Assembly: GCF_009914755.1 (NCBI RefSeq)
Contig: NC_060926.1
Source of the DNA: the human T2T-CHM13v2.0 reference genome, Homo sapiens
Direction: 5' to 3' (one strand)
DNA: 64,000 bases
The first letter of the stretch is position 1. Every line of letters begins with the position of its first letter. The notes under the pieces were generated by a model, which was not told the origin of the DNA, ran no database searches, and saw nothing but the letters and a program-made list of their open reading frames with translations. The position numbers were made by a program, and so were the translations under genes. Shown here piece after piece: positions 60,054 through 64,000 of the stretch.

Positions 60054-61568
60054 AATTCATTCACTTGATTATTTCTTTGTTTATTTTTCAACTTTTATTT
60101 TAGATTCAGGGGGTACATGTGCAGATTTGTGACTTGGGTGTATTGTGTGATGTTTGAGGTATGAATGATCCCATCACCCAAGTACTGAGCATTGTGCCCC
60201 ATAGTTTTTTCAACCCTTTCTCCCTCCCCTCCCTCCCCTCTCCAGTAGGTTCCAAGTTCTATTGTTGCCATCTTTATGTCCACAAATACCCAATGCTTAG
60301 CTCCAACTTGTCAGTGAGAACGTGTGGTATTCGGTTTTCTGTTCCTGCATTAATTTGCTTAGAATAATGGCCTCCAGCTGCATCCATGTTGCTGCAAAGG
60401 ACATAATTTCATTCTTTTTTCTGACTATGTAGTATTTCATGGTATATATGTACCACATATTCTTTATCCAGTCCACCACTGATGGGCACCTAGGTTGCTT
60501 CCAGGTATTTTCTATTGTGAATAGTGTTGCGATGAACATGTGAATACATGTGTCATTTTGGTAGACACATGTCTACCATGTGACTATATGTGTCTTTTTG
60601 TTTTCTTTTGGGTATATGCCCAGTAATAGGATTGCTAGGTCAAATGGTAGTTCTGTTTTAAGTTCTTTGAGAAGTCTCCAGACTGCTTTCCACAGTTCCT
60701 CCTGGGGAATGAATAGGGTATGAATGATGATCTCATCACCCAGGTACTAAATTTGCATTCCCTTTTCTCTACAGCCTCTCCAGCATCTGTTGTTTTTTGA
60801 CTTTTTAGTAATAGCCATTCTGACTGGTATAAGATGGTATCTCTTTGTGGTTTTGATTTGCATTTCTCTGATGATTCACAATGACAAGCATTTTTTCGTA
60901 TGTTTGTTGACTGTTTGTATGTCTTCTTTTGAGAGGGGTCTATTCATGTCTTTTGCCCACTTTTTAATGGAGTTATTTGGTTTTTGTTTGTTGAATTGTT
61001 TAAATTCCTCATAGATTCTGGATATTAGACCTTTGTTGAATATATAGTTTGCAAATATTATCTCTCATTCTGTAAATTGTCTGTTTACTCTGTTGATAGT
61101 TTCTTTTGCTGTGCAGAAGCTCTTTAATTAAGCTCTAAATTGAAAACTTGTCAATTGCTTTTAAGGACTGAGTTATAAATTCCTTCCCAAAGCCAATGTC
61201 CCAATGGCATTTCCTAGGTTTTCTTTTAGCATTCTTACAGTTTGAGGTCTTACATTTAATTTCTTAACCCATCTTGAATTAATTTTTGTATACGATAAAA
61301 TGTAGGGGTCCAGTTTCATTCTTCTGCATATGGCTAGCCAGCTATCCCAGCACCATTTACTGAATAGGGAGCCCTTTCTCCATTGCTTATTTTTGCCAGC
61401 TTTATTGAGGATCAGATGGCTGTAAGTGTATGACTTTGTTTCTAGGTTCTCTATCCTGTTCCATTGGTCTCTGTGTCTGTTTTTGTACCAGTACCATGCT
61501 GTTTTGGTTACTGTAGTCTTATGGTATAGTTTGAATACTATAATGTATGGGTAATGTGATGCCTCTGG
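60054..61568 (-). mobile_element. 5'-truncated older primate L1 (L1PB / late L1PA-like 3' end)
   Basis: L1 3' UTR and ORF2 C-terminal remnants (minus-strand ORF WKQPRCPS...WYIYTM). TSD CCAAAA(G/C)CCTTTTTAA at 60038-60053 and 61569-61584. Confidence 0.85.
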
Positions 61569-63869
61569 CCAAAACCCTTTTTAAGGCCCAGATGGTAATT
61601 TTCCAGGTTTTTACCATATAAGCAAGAAGTATTTTTAGAGAGGAAGTAGAGGAGGCATCTCCATGATCCCTAAGAATTCCTTCTCAGAAATGGGTGTAGG
61701 ATAGCAAAAGATGACAAATGCCCCATAGGAATGGGACCTTTTAAAACAAAACTTACCCAAGGGCTGGACACATTCAGGACAAAGAGTGTGCTAGCAGTTC
61801 TTAAACTCCCAGTCCTTTCAGACCCCAGTCCTTTCAGACCAGCTGCCTCATATAAACCCCAAAATTCCCACCCTTCAGGTGGCACAGACCAAGAGAGAAT
61901 ACCCCCACATGGTCACAAACTCAAGCTCTCAAGGACATAAAACAAGACAAAGGGAAACTTTGTTCAGTTTTTGTTTCAGGGACCCACAGCCAAGTTTGTA
62001 ACTGGCCAGTCTGCAGTACCAGCTTTGCTATTGTGAACAGTGCTGCAATGAACATGGGAGTGCATTTGTCTTTTTGGTAGAATGATTTGTGGGCTTATAT
62101 GGAACGAAGGCCTGCATTCTATCCTACGGTATCTCTCTTTATGATAGAACAATGTAGGAAGACAAACTCATAGCACAAAGTACACCAGATTTACTACAGT
62201 CTAAGACTAATCTCACAAATCTTTTTTCCCATTAACAAAAACTTTGAAGAGGAAATGAACAGCAATTTTTACCATTAACTCAACCAGTGTGCACACAGAG
62301 AAAGGCCAGAAGCCTGGCTGGTAAGAAATTCTTGTCCTTTTGCCAGCTTGCCAGCTTTCTGTGTTTTCTTTCTCTGCAGCTTCTGGAAGAGCAGAGTGAA
62401 TTTTCATGATTCTGCTTGCTCTGCCTAGCTGTGGGGGCCAAGCTGAATTACAAAAGAAAATCATCGTTTTTCATCTCATGAAACCACAGGCAAAAGCCAC
62501 TCAATTTTTCAAGATGCAGCTAAATGGGCTGCATGGGGGAACTGAATTAACATTTCTCATTCTGGCCAGAACAATATACACCAACAAAAGACAGACACTA
62601 GTCACCTGCTCAAGCACCTAGGCACCAACCTGGTAAGGCTCAAATGTGCCCTTATTGGTCCCTGTCATCTTTGATTCACTCTAAGTGGGTTGAGATGACC
62701 TCTGACTAGTGAGCAGTCTCTGGGTAAGATGGAAGACTGGACAGTCACCCTGAGTTAGAGCTATTGAGTTTCCTTCAGGGCTCACTGAATGTGCCCAGAC
62801 AAATAAAAAGGGTTCACCAAATTAGGCCTGCTGGACTTCCAACAGCAATTCTTTCAGGGGTCCTCTCCACATATGCAAACACACACAGTGAAGTAAACAG
62901 ACAAATAGAAGGCCTTCAAAACCAAGATTGCAGATCAGATTCCAAATCAGAAGAGTATTCTTCCAAACCAGCCCCCTATTATCCATCCAAGTGGGGATAA
63001 ATCTCCCCAAACCAAACCTCTTCCTGAAATTTAGGGAGAGCCTAATAGTCCCTGTAATGGGACTACAGTGACTTCAGAGAGACCAACAGATCAAGAGAAG
63101 GAAGGGAATGTTTGTTGCACCTAGAAGACTCATCAAACCAGGTTAAAGATGACTTACAGGAATGATTTCTCCATTGCAATGGAGAAAATCCATTGCAATG
63201 GGGAATAGTGCCCCATTGCCGATGTGGCACTATGGGTCAACAGTGCCTCACTGACAGGGACAGCACCATAGAGGGCCCACAGTTCAAGAGAAATAGCAGC
63301 CACTAGAGCTCACGTGCAAGTGTGTTGTACCAGTGGGAGCCTGATGAACTGCAGGCAGGCACCTGGATGGGTGAATCCCAGATGAGTCCTCAAATTTGTA
63401 ATCACCCAGCAGGTTCTTTTTGCCTGCTGTACAGACAAAACCAGTTCACTGAGACAGTGGTATTGCAGTAAAGAAAGAGTTTAACTAACATCAGGCTGGC
63501 CACGCAGGACAACTGGAGTTATCACTCAAATTGGTCTCCCAAAAGTCTTGGAGGTTAGGGTTCCTAAAGGATAGTTTGGCAGGCAGGGAATTAGGGAAGG
63601 GATGCTGCTGATTGGTTGGGGATGCAGTTCATAGGGGTGTGGAAAACTGTCCTCATGTACTAAGTCTGCCTCTGTGTGAGGGGACCACAGGACCAGTTGA
63701 GTCATGAGTCCAGGTGGAGTCAGTCTGAAACACCTCTCAAAAGACCACTCTTAGTTTCTACAATAGTAATGTTATCTATAGAAGCAACTGGGGAAGCCAC
63801 AAATCTTGTGACCTCTGGCCACATAACTCCTGAGCAGTAAAGGATTACAGAGACTTATAAAAAGATTAT

Positions 63870-64000
63870 AGGGCACCAGGCAGAGGCCTGAGGCCCCCAT
63901 TCCAGGGCCTAGCACCTGGATGACATTTCCAAACACAGCCTGGGCCAGGAGAGAACCTGCTACCTTGAAAGGAAGGACCCAGTCTTGGAAGACTTCATCA
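63870..64000 (+). mobile_element. L1PB-like 5' region fragment running off the window
   Basis: ccccattccagggcctagc...gaaggacccagtc resembles the L1PB/L1PBa 5' region as remembered. Confidence 0.55.

Overview
Human (primate) genomic DNA, recognised as the 5' half of FEZ2 plus about 39 kb of upstream sequence. FEZ2 is on the minus strand. Coding exons 1-5 (24542-24807, 17567-17675, 10017-10133, 7954-8095, 5261-5529) splice with GT-AG ends and matching phases into 301 uninterrupted codons, and the gene continues off the left edge. A CpG-island promoter lies at about 24.2-24.95 kb. About 1 kb upstream and head-to-head is a 5.66-kb two-LTR HERV-H provirus (His PBS, 5-bp TSD) inserted inside an Alu. 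Intron 1 holds a sense-oriented THE1 element with a DUX4-type motif. The right third is dominated by a roughly 11.6-kb LTR8-type ERV1 provirus (Pro PBS, minus strand) full of nested Alu, L1 and LTR insertions. The rest is ordinary Alu/L1/L2/MIR/MaLR/DNA-transposon debris, and most ORFs in the track are repeat-derived noise. The most notable signals are: (1) exon 3 begins with GTAAGT, so splicing regenerates exon 2's own donor (recursive or re-splicing candidate); (2) two embryo-active LTR families bracket the promoter; (3) a zero-spacer inverted Alu pair follows the HERV-H 3' LTR; (4) stop-free in-frame circRNA candidates; (5) an unexplained 46-bp direct repeat flanks exon 5. Repeat subfamily names come from remembered consensus sequences and need RepeatMasker/Dfam confirmation. 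No wholly new system is proven from sequence alone.
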